Shown: positions 9,544-19,972 of the stretch, piece after piece
Numbering within the stretch: position 1 is the stretch's first letter
How the letters are laid out: each line of letters starts with the position of its first letter
Origin: Candidatus Fraserbacteria bacterium
GTDB lineage: Bacteria; Bipolaricaulota; Bipolaricaulia; RBG-16-55-9; DRXL01
Length of the DNA stretch: 64,000 nt
Assembly (NCBI GenBank): GCA_947085185.1
Contig: CAMTVK010000001.1
Location: 1 to 64,000 of the forward strand
Reading direction: 5' to 3'
Made by a program: the position numbers and the translations under genes
Notes under the pieces: generated by a model
Database searches by the model: none
Told to the model about the DNA's origin: nothing
What the model saw: the letters and a program-made list of their open reading frames with translations, nothing else

Positions 9544-10293
9544 ATGCAGAGGGCCTTCGAGTATCTGGAGGCAGGGCAGGGGCCAACCCTCACACTCCTT
9601 CACGGCTTATTCGGCGGACCATCCAATTGGGCTTCGTGTATACCCATCTTAGCTCAAGATTTTCGCGTCTTAGCCCCCAAGTTCCCTCTCGATGGCTCCC
9701 TGCCCATCACGTCGCTCCAGCCGCTCACCGATTTTGTGAGAGAATTTTTAGATTTTAAGAAGATCGAGCAAACCGCGCTCTGCGGCAATTCTTTAGGGGG
9801 CCAGGTCGCCCTTGATTTCTGTCTCAAATATCCCCACAGAGTCACCAAGCTCATCCTAGCAGGGAGCGCCGGCCTCTACGAGCGCCACCTCTCCGATGGC
9901 TCCCTGCCCAAGCCCAATAAAGACTTCATCCGAGAACAAGCCGAAAAAGTCTTCTTCGATAAGCGCCACATCAACGAAGAGCTCATAGACCAGATCTATC
10001 AGCACTTACAAGATCGTCACTACGTACGCTTTCTCATCCGCGTCGCCAAGGTAACCCGAGACTATCGTATGGATGATGAACTGGCCAAAGTGAAAGTCCC
10101 CACGCTGCTTATTTGGGGGGCCCAAGACGAGGTCACGCCCCCAAGCGTAGCGTATCAGTTCCATGAGCATCTGCCCAACGCCCAGCTGATCTTTTTTGAG
10201 CAGTGCGGGCATGCACCCCCCCTCGAACACCCGGAAAAATTCAGCCGAACCGTGCGGAGCTTCCTCACGGAGCCGTTGCTCACTGTGTCATAA
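9544..10293 (+). CDS. Alpha/beta fold hydrolase
   Basis: LLHGLFG, GNSLGG nucleophile elbow, WGAQD and CGHAPPLEHP motifs. Confidence 0.92.
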   Translation: MQRAFEYLEAGQGPTLTLLHGLFGGPSNWASCIPILAQDFRVLAPKFPLDGSLPITSLQPLTDFVREFLDFKKIEQTALCGNSLGGQVALDFCLKYPHRVTKLILAGSAGLYERHLSDGSLPKPNKDFIREQAEKVFFDKRHINEELIDQIYQHLQDRHYVRFLIRVAKVTRDYRMDDELAKVKVPTLLIWGAQDEVTPPSVAYQFHEHLPNAQLIFFEQCGHAPPLEHPEKFSRTVRSFLTEPLLTVS

Positions 10294-10310
10294 ATTGCTA
10301 AGCTGAGAGC

Positions 10311-10910
10311 ATGCGCATTATCGGCGGGCGTCTGGGTGGACGTCCTCTGGTCGAGCCCACGCCACAGATCAAACGTTTCCTGCGCCCGATGCGCGAAGCC
10401 GTGCGCGCCGCACTCTTCGATATTCTCAATGACGCGGTCACCGACGCGCGCTTCCTCGATCTTTTCGCAGGCACGGGGAGCATCGGCCTTGAAGCGCTCA
10501 GCCGTGGCGCGCGTGAGTGCGTCTTCGTTGACATCTCCGAGCAAGCCTGTCATATCATCCGAGAAAACCTACGCAATCTCGGGGTAGAACGCTCCGCACG
10601 GATCTATCAGCTCGATGTGTTCAACGCTCTCGAGTTGCTTTGCCGTCAGAAAGAACAGTTCGATCTGGTCTTCATCGGCCCACCCTATGGGAAAGAGCTG
10701 GCTCATAAGACCCTCCTATATCTTGCTGATCACCCCATACTCTCCCGCGGAGCTCTCGTGATCACTGAGATTTTTAAGAAAGAGCAAGTCCAGTCGGAGT
10801 ACGGCTGTCTTAAAGCTTTTGACGTGCGCACCTATGGGGACAATCGTCTCTGGTTTTATCAGTTTGACAGCCCGGAATTTGTCAGCTACACTCAAGCATC
10901 AGAACTTTGA
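10311..10910 (+). CDS. rsmD: 16S rRNA m2G966 methyltransferase
   Basis: MRIIGG, LDLFAGTGSIGLEALSRGA and F.GPPY motifs. Confidence 0.93.
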   Translation: MRIIGGRLGGRPLVEPTPQIKRFLRPMREAVRAALFDILNDAVTDARFLDLFAGTGSIGLEALSRGARECVFVDISEQACHIIRENLRNLGVERSARIYQLDVFNALELLCRQKEQFDLVFIGPPYGKELAHKTLLYLADHPILSRGALVITEIFKKEQVQSEYGCLKAFDVRTYGDNRLWFYQFDSPEFVSYTQASEL

Positions 10911-10932
10911 CTGAGAAAGGGGGAGCGAAGCG

Positions 10933-11271
10933 ATGAAGCGAGAGTTGGTCGGGGTCTTAGTCTCTGTGATCTTTCTGTTGGCTCTGGTGATCGGGGTGCA
11001 GCTCTTGTGGCAGACAGCTCAAAGCCAACCGCAAATCCCCAACGAGCTGATCGTGCGGCCGTTCGTGGAGATCCGGTTTGAGTCACCGTCCGACTGGAAG
11101 AGCGAGATGCGCGGAAGCTGCATGGCTTATATCCCCAAGGGCGGACGGGTCGCTAAAGTGACCGTGACCCGATCTGATGGCACCCGCATAGACCATCAAG
11201 TCGCCTCAACGGGCTCAGTGACCGTCTGTGAGAACATCGTGCACGTGGACACTGTGGGGCGAGGATTCTAG
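10933..11271 (+). CDS. Hypothetical membrane-anchored protein
   Basis: N-terminal hydrophobic helix, SD GGGGAG, two Cys residues. Confidence 0.7.
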   Translation: MKRELVGVLVSVIFLLALVIGVQLLWQTAQSQPQIPNELIVRPFVEIRFESPSDWKSEMRGSCMAYIPKGGRVAKVTVTRSDGTRIDHQVASTGSVTVCENIVHVDTVGRGF

Positions 11272-12099
11272 ATGAACCGAATATTTTTTATAGTGGGCCT
11301 GGTGCTGCTTGCGCTCATTGGGGCGTTGCTCTTCTCCACGGCTTATGGGCCCAAGACGATAGACTCGAGCGCCGTCAGCACCGTCAAGGTCTCTGAGGAC
11401 GTCCCCGTCTACGGCTACATAGTGCTCAAGACGTTCCCTCACGACCCTGGAGCGTTCACCCAAGGGCTGGTCTATTATAAAGACAATATTCTTTACGAGG
11501 GAACGGGGATGTGGGGAGAATCTTCTCTCCGCAAGGTGGATCTTCTGACGGGGAAGGTCTTGCAGATCCATCGCTTGCCCGAGGAGATCTTCGGCGAGGG
11601 GATCACCCTGTGGAAAGACACGATCGTGCAATTGACGTGGCAGCATCGCAAGGGTTTTGTCTACGACCGCGAGACGTTCACACTGCTGAGAGAGTTCTCA
11701 TACCCCACGGAGGGCTGGGGGATCACCCACGACGGAACCCATCTGATTATGAGCGACGGCTCGGCTACGCTCTTTGTGTGGGACCCTGAGACTTTTCAGG
11801 AGATCAAGCGCATCGAAGTACGGGACGAGCGGGGCCCGGTCGTGCGTCTCAATGAGCTCGAATACATTCATGGGCTGATCTACGCCAACGTCTGGCAGAC
11901 GGACCGCATCGCGATCATTCAGCCAGAAAGCGGGCGGGTGGTGGGCTGGATCGATCTGAGCGGGCTGCTCTCTCCCCAAGATCGCTCGGCCAAAGTAGAC
12001 GTGCTCAATGGGATCGCCTACGACGCCCAGGGCGACAGACTCTTTGTGACAGGCAAATACTGGCCCAAGCTCTTCCAGATTCAGCTCATCAAAAAGTGA
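11272..12099 (+). CDS. Glutaminyl-peptide cyclotransferase (bacterial/plant type)
   Basis: AFTQGL, FGEGIT, EGWGIT, LNELE, VLNGIAYD and TGKYW motifs; signal peptide. Confidence 0.93.
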   Translation: MNRIFFIVGLVLLALIGALLFSTAYGPKTIDSSAVSTVKVSEDVPVYGYIVLKTFPHDPGAFTQGLVYYKDNILYEGTGMWGESSLRKVDLLTGKVLQIHRLPEEIFGEGITLWKDTIVQLTWQHRKGFVYDRETFTLLREFSYPTEGWGITHDGTHLIMSDGSATLFVWDPETFQEIKRIEVRDERGPVVRLNELEYIHGLIYANVWQTDRIAIIQPESGRVVGWIDLSGLLSPQDRSAKVDVLNGIAYDAQGDRLFVTGKYWPKLFQIQLIKK

Positions 12100-12126
12100 A
12101 ACTATCCCTAGCGCAGAGCAGGGCAT

Positions 12127-13533
12127 CTACCCACCTACGCCCGCGATGAACCCCCCTTGGGTCATCTTACGGATATCTAAGACCTCATCGAGCTTCTCTG
12201 GGGGTAAGAGCTCCATCTCCAAGACGACCTCACGGATCGTCTTCCCTTGAGCCAGTGCTCTCTTGACGACTTCCGCAGCTTTGTCATACCCAATATAGGG
12301 ATTGAGCGCTGTGGCTAAGATCGCGTTCTGAGCCGCCAAGCGCTCCATGCGCTCGCGATTGGCAACGATCCCTGCGATGCACTTGTCGGCAAAGACACGA
12401 CACGCATTACTTAAGATCGACAGAGCCTGCAAGAGATTGTGCGCGATGACGGGGAGAGCCACATTGAGCTCAAAATTCCCAGACGCCGCTGCCGCCGCGA
12501 TAACGGTGTCGCTGCCCATGACCTGCATGGCGACCATCATGACCGCTTCGGGGATGACGGGATTGACCTTCCCGGGCATAATCGAAGAGCCGGGTTGGAG
12601 CTCGGGTAAACGAATTTCAGCCAAGCCCGCCTGCGGACCGGAGTTCATCCATCGCAGATCATGAGCGATCTTATAGAGCGCTACAGCGAGCGCTTTGAGA
12701 GCTCCGCTCAGCTCGACGGCCGTCTCCATAGAAGCTTGCGCCGCAAAGTGATTGCGCGTCTCTCGGAAGGCGATCTTCGTCTCTTGGGCCAGGGCTTGAG
12801 CGATGCGCTTGCCAAATTCGGGATGGGTGTTAATCCCCGTGCCCACAGCTGTACCGCCCAAGGCCAACTCATAGAGCCGGGGGAGCGTCGCTTCGATGCG
12901 CTCGCGGGCTAAGAGTATCTGGGCTGCATACCCGGAAAACTCTTGCCCCAGGGTGATGGGCATGGCGTCCATTAAGTGTGTCCGCCCTGTCTTGACGATC
13001 CCTTCAAACTCGTGAGCTTTTGTCTCAAGAGTCTTGTACAGATGCTCCAACGCCGGCAGAAGCTGCTCATGCACCGCAAGCGCTGCAGAGATGTGCACGC
13101 ACGCGGGGATGACGTCGTTAGAAGACTGTCCGAGATTGACATGATCGTTGGGATGGACGGCGCTCTTATCGCCACGCCTGACCCCCAAAATCTCGCACGC
13201 GCGATTGGCGATCACTTCGTTGGCGTTCATATTTGTCGAAGTGCCCGAGCCCGTCTGAAAGATATCTATGGGAAAGTGCGCGTCGAGGGTACCGTCGGCG
13301 ACCTCACGAGCGGCTTGCTCGATAGCCTGAGCGCGACGCTCGTCCAAGAGCCCAAGCCGAGCGTTCACTTGTGCAGCACAGAGCTTCACCAAGCCTAGCG
13401 CTTGAATGAACATCCTAGAGAAGCGAATCCCACTGATGGGGAAATTCTCGACGGCTCGTTGGGTCTGTGCGCCCCAGTAGGCGTCCTGGGGGACCTGCAC
13501 TGTGCCAAGGGAGTCCTTCTCGATGCGATACAT
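12127..13533 (-). CDS. fumC: Class II fumarate hydratase
   Basis: [23 protein letters not shown] and [11 protein letters not shown] motifs. Confidence 0.95.
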   Translation of the reverse strand: MYRIEKDSLGTVQVPQDAYWGAQTQRAVENFPISGIRFSRMFIQALGLVKLCAAQVNARLGLLDERRAQAIEQAAREVADGTLDAHFPIDIFQTGSGTSTNMNANEVIANRACEILGVRRGDKSAVHPNDHVNLGQSSNDVIPACVHISAALAVHEQLLPALEHLYKTLETKAHEFEGIVKTGRTHLMDAMPITLGQEFSGYAAQILLARERIEATLPRLYELALGGTAVGTGINTHPEFGKRIAQALAQETKIAFRETRNHFAAQASMETAVELSGALKALAVALYKIAHDLRWMNSGPQAGLAEIRLPELQPGSSIMPGKVNPVIPEAVMMVAMQVMGSDTVIAAAAASGNFELNVALPVIAHNLLQALSILSNACRVFADKCIAGIVANRERMERLAAQNAILATALNPYIGYDKAAEVVKRALAQGKTIREVVLEMELLPPEKLDEVLDIRKMTQGGFIAGVGG

Positions 13534-13596
13534 ACGAATCTCCTCTCTTGTCTTTGGGTCGTATTAGGAGTATAAGTGAAGTGGGTGATCTTGGCA

Positions 13597-14403
13597 ATGA
13601 TGGAGCGCATTCGTCGCGCCGCGGTCGCGGGGAGCTTTTATCCTGAAAGTCCAGAGAGACTGCGCCGGACTATCGAAGTCTTGCTGGCGCAAGCCCATCC
13701 CCCTGCTCTAGCAGGGAAGCTCCGCGGACTGATCGTGCCCCATGCAGGGTATATCTACTCTGGGCCGGTGGCCGCAACAGGATACAAAACACTTCAAAGT
13801 TCTGAATTTGACAGGTCTCTGCTGAAAGTCCTTCTTCTTGGCCCGGCGCACTATGTCTATTTTGCCGGCGCGGCGACTCTCGACGTCGACGCATGGGAGA
13901 CCCCGGTAGGCTTAGTGAAGACCGCAAGAGATCTGATCGCTCGTGCTCTTGAGCGCCGCGATCTCCAAAATAACCCAGACGCTCATGCCCCAGAGCACTC
14001 TTTAGAAGTCCAATTGCCCTTCTTGCAGATCGTGCTCCCTGATGTCGAGATCCTCCCCATCTTGACAGGAGAGTGCGAGTATCGTGAGCTGGCCCACACG
14101 CTCAGCCCATACGTGGATGAGCTTGATCTGATCATCGTCAGCTCGGACTTGAGTCACTATTATCCCTACGAAGAAGCGCGCCAACGCGATGCCTTGGCCC
14201 ACCAAGCCCTGGAGAGCCTCAACAGAACACTTATGGAAGAGCGCGGAGAGGCTTGCGGGAAGACAGCGATCTTGACGCTGATGCAGATCGCTTGTGAGCG
14301 CGGCTGGAGCGCAAAGCTCTTAGATTATCGCAATTCCGGGGATACCACGGGAGATAAATTGAGAGTTGTCGGCTACGGATGCTATGCGTTCTATGAAGGG
14401 TGA
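13597..14403 (+). CDS. amrB: AmmeMemoRadiSam system protein B (MEMO1 family)
   Basis: AVAGSFYP, PHAGYIYSG, EHSLEVQLPFLQ, SSDLSHY and VVGY motifs. Confidence 0.93.
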   Translation: MMERIRRAAVAGSFYPESPERLRRTIEVLLAQAHPPALAGKLRGLIVPHAGYIYSGPVAATGYKTLQSSEFDRSLLKVLLLGPAHYVYFAGAATLDVDAWETPVGLVKTARDLIARALERRDLQNNPDAHAPEHSLEVQLPFLQIVLPDVEILPILTGECEYRELAHTLSPYVDELDLIIVSSDLSHYYPYEEARQRDALAHQALESLNRTLMEERGEACGKTAILTLMQIACERGWSAKLLDYRNSGDTTGDKLRVVGYGCYAFYEG

Positions 14404-14407
14404 AACG

Positions 14408-15451
14408 ATGGCCCTAGCAGAACTTCTAGACGCGCGCACGCGCGAGGGCGAGCTGTACGAAAAGCTCGAAGATAGAAGAGTACGCTGCTATGCGTGTGCT
14501 CATCAGTGTGTGATCTTTTCGGGCAAGCGCGGGATCTGTCAGGTGCGCTTCAATAGAGACGGGAAGCTCTATGTGCCCTGGGGATACGTGAGTTCGTTAG
14601 GGTTGGACCCCATCGAGAAGAAGCCGTTCTATCACGTTTTGCCAGGGGCGCGGACGCTCACGTTCGGCATGCTCGGCTGCGACCTCCATTGCCCGTATTG
14701 CCAAAATTGGGAGATCTCTCAAACGCTCCGCGACCAGAATGCTGGGGTTCTCCCACGCGACTCCACCCCTCAAGAGATAGTAAGCCTAGCCCAGCGCTAT
14801 GGCGCCCACGCCGTCATCAGTTCTTATAACGAGCCGTTGATCACTTCTGAGTGGGCCGTGGCGATCTTCACAGAAGCCAAGCGCGCCGGGCTTTTGACGG
14901 GCTACGTCTCCAACGGCAACGCCACCCGTCGTGCTCTGGAGTACCTGCGCCCATATCTAGACTGCTATAAGATCGATCTGAAGTCTTTTCAGGACAAGAA
15001 CTATCGTGTGTTGGGGGCAGTGCTCCACAAGATCTTAGACGGCATCGCGATGGTGCACGAGCTGGGCCTTTGGATGGAGATCGTCACGTTAGTTGTCCCC
15101 GGCTTTAACGACTCCGACGACGAGCTCAGACGGATAGCGAAGTTCTTAGCCTCGATCTCGCCGGATATCCCCTGGCATGTCACGGCGTTTCATAAAGACT
15201 ACAAGATGACCGATCCGGACAATACCCCCGCGGAGACGCTGATCCGCGCGGCTCAGATTGGGTATGACGCGGGGCTGCACTTCGTCTACACTGGGAATTT
15301 ACCGGGCCTGACCGGACGCTTCGAGAATACATATTGTCCAGGGTGTGGGGCGCTGCTCATCGAGCGCCACGGCTTTGCGATCTTACAGAACAGATTGCAA
15401 GATGGAGACTGTCCTGAGTGCGGGCGGGCGATCCCAGGGCTATGGGGCTAG
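14408..15451 (+). CDS. amrS: AmmeMemoRadiSam system radical SAM enzyme
   Basis: DPIEKKPFYH, CDLHCPYCQNWEISQ (CxxxCxxC) and YNEP motifs. Confidence 0.93.
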   Translation: MALAELLDARTREGELYEKLEDRRVRCYACAHQCVIFSGKRGICQVRFNRDGKLYVPWGYVSSLGLDPIEKKPFYHVLPGARTLTFGMLGCDLHCPYCQNWEISQTLRDQNAGVLPRDSTPQEIVSLAQRYGAHAVISSYNEPLITSEWAVAIFTEAKRAGLLTGYVSNGNATRRALEYLRPYLDCYKIDLKSFQDKNYRVLGAVLHKILDGIAMVHELGLWMEIVTLVVPGFNDSDDELRRIAKFLASISPDIPWHVTAFHKDYKMTDPDNTPAETLIRAAQIGYDAGLHFVYTGNLPGLTGRFENTYCPGCGALLIERHGFAILQNRLQDGDCPECGRAIPGLWG

Positions 15452-17506
15452 CGCCTCTGCGACCAGCTCCGCGATATCTTTGTTCTCGAACTCGGCGTTC
15501 TTCGACTTGATCCCGTCCTCGAGCATGATCATGCAGAACGGGCACGCGCTCGCGACGAGCTTCGCTCGATTATTCGCCTGAACTTTCGCAAACGTCTCTT
15601 GCGCCTGCTGGATTCTTAATTCGTTGACGCGCTTGCCTGGCTCCTCCTCGAGCCACATCAGCCCGCCGCCGGCGCCACAGCACATCCCGCGCTCCCGATG
15701 GCGCTCCATCTCGATCAGCTTCACGCCTGGGATCTTCTGCAAAATACTGCGCGGAGCGTCGAAGATCCTGTTGTAGCGCCCCAGGTAGCACGAGTCGTGA
15801 TACGTGACCGTTGCGGGGATCTCTTTGGCGAGCTGGAGCCGGCCATCGCGGAGGAGCTGGGCGATCAACTCCGTGTGATGGATGACTTCATAGCGACCGC
15901 CCAGGGCAGGGTATTCGTTCTTAAGCGTATTGAAGCAATGCGGGCAGATCGTGAGAATCTTCGTGACGTGATAATTTTGAAAAGTCTCGATGTTCTGCTT
16001 GGCGAGCATCTGAAAGATATATTCGTGGCCGATGCGGCGTGCCGGATCCCCCGTGCAATTCTCCTCTTCACCAAGCACGGCAAAAGAGATTCCAGCGTGC
16101 TGTAAAATTTTCACGACGCTGCGTGCGATCTTCTGGGTTCTGGGATCAAACGCCGCCGCGCAGCCGACGAAGAAGAGATAGTCCCAATGCGCGTCGGGGG
16201 TAGAAGCTGTCACACTCGAAGCTACGGGCACATCCAGCCCTCTCATCCATGTCAGGCGCTCTGACGTTGGCATATCCCACGGGTTGCCGCGCCCATCCAA
16301 GCCTTTGAAGACATCCGTGAACCCCTCAGGGTATCTGTCTTGGATCATCACCTCGTTGCGGCGCAACTCTAAGATCTTATTGAGTGGGTCTATGAAGACC
16401 GGACAGACTTCGACACACGCCATGCACGTCGTGCACGCCCAGATCTCTTCGGACTTGATAGAGTACCCGATAATCTGTCTCTGCTCTTTGGGCTTACTAA
16501 GGGCGGGAAGTTCTTCGTTGGCATGATCGCGCAGCTCTAAAATAATCTCTCTGGGCGAGAGGATCTTCCCCGACAGATGTGCCGGGCAGTTGGCTTCGCA
16601 GCGCCCGCACTCGGTGCAGCTTGCCAGGTCTAACAGATCCTTGCGCGTCAGGTCTTGTATAGTCTGAAAGCCTAACACTTCATTGCGCTCGAACGCCCCT
16701 TCGACGTCCAAGACTTCAAGGCGCCCCCGCGGGCGCATCTCTTGGAAGAAGAGATTGATCCCGGCCGTGAGAATGTGCATCACTTTGGGTGCATAGGGCA
16801 AGTACGCAATCCATCCCAACGCTAAAAGGCCGTGCACCCACCAAAACACAAAATGCCACCGGCGCAGCATCTCAGCAGAGAATCCCGACACCCACTGAGA
16901 GATCACAAACCCCACCGGCGACCAGCGGGGATCGTAAGTCAACTCCGATGCCGTCGCAGCAAGCCGAAGACCCTCTACGAGAAATCCTGTCACCCCGATG
17001 AGCAAGAGCCACAAGGGCAGCACCAAATCCAAGGGCTTCCATGTGAGCTGTGGAGGCTTCATCCCATAGCGGCGCACTAACGCCCAGACCAAGCCTACGA
17101 TGAAGAGCGCTCCCAACAGATCCAAGATCACTTCGTAGCCTAAGAAGAACGACCCGACCCAAAAGCCGTGCTTCATCCCCAAAATCTTTTGAAAGAGCTC
17201 GTACTCAATCGTCACGATGACCGTGCCGATGAAGAGCACGACAAAGCCCCACATAATGAAGAAGTGCATCGCTCCGGCGGGAGCGTCATGACGCACGATC
17301 GTGCTATTCGTGGCAATGCTCGCTATGGCCGCGCTGAGCTTCTGCCAAAACGGATGCACCGTGAACGAGACCCTCTTGCCCATCAGGATCCTGCGCACAT
17401 GACGAGAGATTCCGTAGGCGAAGATCGCAATTGCCAGAAAAGCTATGAGATAGAAGATCAGCTCCCCCACGGGAGAGATGTTCCAAAAAACTTTACGAGT
17501 AGCCAC
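15440..17506 (-). CDS. Membrane-bound Fe-S oxidoreductase (FadF/HdrDE-like)
   Basis: NarI-like TM domain, CTECGRC and CTTCMAC 4Fe-4S motifs, two cysteine-rich (CCG-type) domains. Confidence 0.9.
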   Translation of the reverse strand: MATRKVFWNISPVGELIFYLIAFLAIAIFAYGISRHVRRILMGKRVSFTVHPFWQKLSAAIASIATNSTIVRHDAPAGAMHFFIMWGFVVLFIGTVIVTIEYELFQKILGMKHGFWVGSFFLGYEVILDLLGALFIVGLVWALVRRYGMKPPQLTWKPLDLVLPLWLLLIGVTGFLVEGLRLAATASELTYDPRWSPVGFVISQWVSGFSAEMLRRWHFVFWWVHGLLALGWIAYLPYAPKVMHILTAGINLFFQEMRPRGRLEVLDVEGAFERNEVLGFQTIQDLTRKDLLDLASCTECGRCEANCPAHLSGKILSPREIILELRDHANEELPALSKPKEQRQIIGYSIKSEEIWACTTCMACVEVCPVFIDPLNKILELRRNEVMIQDRYPEGFTDVFKGLDGRGNPWDMPTSERLTWMRGLDVPVASSVTASTPDAHWDYLFFVGCAAAFDPRTQKIARSVVKILQHAGISFAVLGEEENCTGDPARRIGHEYIFQMLAKQNIETFQNYHVTKILTICPHCFNTLKNEYPALGGRYEVIHHTELIAQLLRDGRLQLAKEIPATVTYHDSCYLGRYNRIFDAPRSILQKIPGVKLIEMERHRERGMCCGAGGGLMWLEEEPGKRVNELRIQQAQETFAKVQANNRAKLVASACPFCMIMLEDGIKSKNAEFENKDIAELVAEALAP

Positions 17507-17510
17507 AGTG

Positions 17511-18626
17511 TCACTCCTTTGCGCTGTGCGTTTGGGTGCAGTTTACCGGAGACTGATCGAGGGCGTCAAATAATTTTTTGATGATCTTTTGATTCGCAGA
17601 CGGGAAGGCGTATTGTGTGAGCTCTTGTGGTGCGACCCACGCCCAGGCCGTGCACCCTCGACAGCGCGGCTGACCCCCAGCGTAATGCCCCTCAAAGACG
17701 TGCAGCGTCACACGGAAGTGTGAGTAGCCGTGTCGCACCGTCATGAAATGACGTATGTCACGCACGCGCACGGTGACTTCTTCAAAGATCTCGCGGCGGA
17801 CGCAGTCAACGAGAGACTCGTGAGGCTGGCGCTTGCCCCCGGGGAACTCCCACAGCCCACCCAAGAGCCCATCGTCGGGTCTTTTGGTGATCAGAATCTT
17901 TCCGTCTTTCCAGATGATTCCCACGGCGACATCGTAGTGGGGTTTTGGGCGCGCTTTGGCGCGCACGGGGAGTTCGTCTTGGATGCCGAGCTGTTGTGCT
18001 CTGCAAAGCTGAGTGAGGGGACAGATGAGGCACTTAGGCTGACGCGAGACACAGATCGTCGCGCCCAGGTCCATCAAGGCTTGATTAAACAGCCCGGCAC
18101 TCCCAGAAGGCAAGAGCATTCGCGCCATCGCTTCGAGCTCCTTGTCAGTCTGATGCGGTCGTACGGCAAAGAGCCGAGATAAGACCCGACGCACGTTGGC
18201 GTCGAGGACGGGTTCGTCCTGTCCGAAGGCGATGCTGAGTATCGCCCCAGCAGTGGAGCGTCCGATGCCAGGGAGCTTGAGGAGTTCATCGCGCCTGTGG
18301 GGAATCTGTCCGTGATGGTCGCGCAGCACGATCTGGGCCGCTTTATGAAGATTTCGTGCGCGGGCGTAATACCCCAATCCTTCCCAAGCTTTGAGCACCT
18401 CATCGAGCGGGGCTTGGGCCAGGCTCTCGAGCGTCGGAAATCTCTCAAGAAATCTTAGATAATACAGGCGCGCGCGCTCGACTTGCGTCTGCTGGAGCAT
18501 CATCTCAGAGACCCAGATGCGATAGGGATCTTCGGTTGTGCGCCAGGGGAGGTCGCGCTGATGGCGGCTGTACCAACGCAGAAGGGCTTTTCTGATTCGG
18601 TTGAGCTCTCTAGGCTGCGGGAGCAT
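17511..18626 (-). CDS. mutY: A/G-specific adenine glycosylase with C-terminal Nudix domain
   Basis: WVSEMMLQQTQV, GLGYYARARNL, LPGIGRSTA, Cx6Cx2Cx5C and GLWEFPGG motifs. Confidence 0.95.
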   Translation of the reverse strand: MLPQPRELNRIRKALLRWYSRHQRDLPWRTTEDPYRIWVSEMMLQQTQVERARLYYLRFLERFPTLESLAQAPLDEVLKAWEGLGYYARARNLHKAAQIVLRDHHGQIPHRRDELLKLPGIGRSTAGAILSIAFGQDEPVLDANVRRVLSRLFAVRPHQTDKELEAMARMLLPSGSAGLFNQALMDLGATICVSRQPKCLICPLTQLCRAQQLGIQDELPVRAKARPKPHYDVAVGIIWKDGKILITKRPDDGLLGGLWEFPGGKRQPHESLVDCVRREIFEEVTVRVRDIRHFMTVRHGYSHFRVTLHVFEGHYAGGQPRCRGCTAWAWVAPQELTQYAFPSANQKIIKKLFDALDQSPVNCTQTHSAKE

Positions 18627-18972
18627 TGAGGGTATCGCGAGAGGGCAGGCCCTCTTCTTCGCGGCAGAGCAACTCCCAGAAAAGTTTCATACGATAGCGT
18701 GGGGTATCTTTGAGCATGGCCGCGATCTTCTTGCGCAGCTTCGTTGTGAGATAATAAACGGACTGTAAGGGGTTCTGCAGCGCGGGCCAGTGCAGATAGA
18801 CATATTCTCTTCGGATGAGATCTTCCAAGCCCTCCAGAAGCTCTGCGCAGGGGCGGCCTAAACGCTGCTCCAGTCTGAGCACGCTGGCCGCGCCGTCATA
18901 CCAAAGGGAATGCAAAAGCTCCGCTTCTAGCTGGAGCAACTCTTCTTTGGGCAGCTTGGTGATAGTATCCAT
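18610..18972 (-). CDS. Hypothetical protein, possibly winged helix
   Basis: ATG at 18972 with GGTGA SD-like motif; overlaps the mutY start; helix pattern resembles wHTH. Confidence 0.55.
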   Translation of the reverse strand: MDTITKLPKEELLQLEAELLHSLWYDGAASVLRLEQRLGRPCAELLEGLEDLIRREYVYLHWPALQNPLQSVYYLTTKLRKKIAAMLKDTPRYRMKLFWELLCREEEGLPSRDTLNAPAA

Positions 18973-19153
18973 TTTGTGCTCACCTTGGATGCTATCAGCA
19001 CTATAGCGCGAACCGGGGCTCTTTGTCAAGGGGGAGGGGGTAAACTTGCCAGAAGCTTGCAGTGTGCGTGCCCCCTATCGGGTCTGGCGCACGTCCTTTC
19101 TTTTGGTAAGGCGAAACCGTGCACTTCATGAAATCGCTGGGCTACATGGTAAG

Positions 19154-19972
19154 CTACAACTTTTTGAACTCCATAATATAACATGTCCCACGCCAAATCC
19201 ACCTAAGCTGGAAGCCTTCAACTCCATCTGGAACAAGCTCCTTGGGAGGACTGTTGGCAAATAAAGAGTTCTGTCTCAGGAGCCATTTGCCGAACCAAGT
19301 GTTCTCTTTCCCAGGCGCCAGCCCCTCATCCCCGATCAGGATCTTGGCGCCGGACTTGGCCACACGGACCATCTCGGCGATGGCCCGCCCCTTCTCCCCG
19401 AAGGTGTTGATCCCGCCAAAGTGGAGGACAGCATCGAATAGAGCATCTCTATAAGGAAGATAGGCTGCATTGCCTAGGGCAAATTCGGCCTCAATCCCCC
19501 TACGCTTGAGCTTCCCCCTGGCAACGGCGAGCATCCCCGGTGAGAGGTCCAAGGCGAAGAGTTTTCCACCTTTACCGATCTGTTCGGCGATGATCACTAA
19601 GTTACTCCCGGTCCCGGCACCTACTTCTAGGACCCGGTCGCCCGGCCTAAGCTCTAGGGGAGCCACAAGATCGCGTCTTCTTGCCCGTGGCTCCCAAATC
19701 CCCCCGAGTAGGAGCATCCGCCTTAAGCTGCGATCGTAAGAGGATGCAATCTGCTCATACTGCTTGAGGAACTTTACGTCCATCTCAGGAAGCTTCTGGG
19801 GTTCAGGGTGAACAAGATTGGGCAGGCCATGACGGATCTCGTAACTCCTTTGGCACCCTTGGCAGAACAGCTTCCCTAGCAAGACCTCTGAGCCCTCCTG
19901 CTTTTCAGCCGTAAGCTCAAGCCCTCCCCCGCAGGCTGGGCAGCAGAAGTATTCAAGGGTTTCGAGTTTCAT
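19154..19972 (-). CDS. UbiE-like class I SAM methyltransferase with N-terminal Trm112-like Zn domain
   Basis: CPAC…CQGC…YEIRHGLPNL, then VLEVGAGTG and DLSPGML. Confidence 0.88.
   Translation of the reverse strand: MKLETLEYFCCPACGGGLELTAEKQEGSEVLLGKLFCQGCQRSYEIRHGLPNLVHPEPQKLPEMDVKFLKQYEQIASSYDRSLRRMLLLGGIWEPRARRRDLVAPLELRPGDRVLEVGAGTGSNLVIIAEQIGKGGKLFALDLSPGMLAVARGKLKRRGIEAEFALGNAAYLPYRDALFDAVLHFGGINTFGEKGRAIAEMVRVAKSGAKILIGDEGLAPGKENTWFGKWLLRQNSLFANSPPKELVPDGVEGFQLRWIWRGTCYIMEFKKL

Noticed and set aside
19072..19105. Hairpin + T-tract on the plus strand
   Set aside because: Imperfect stem, and no plus-strand gene upstream to terminate.
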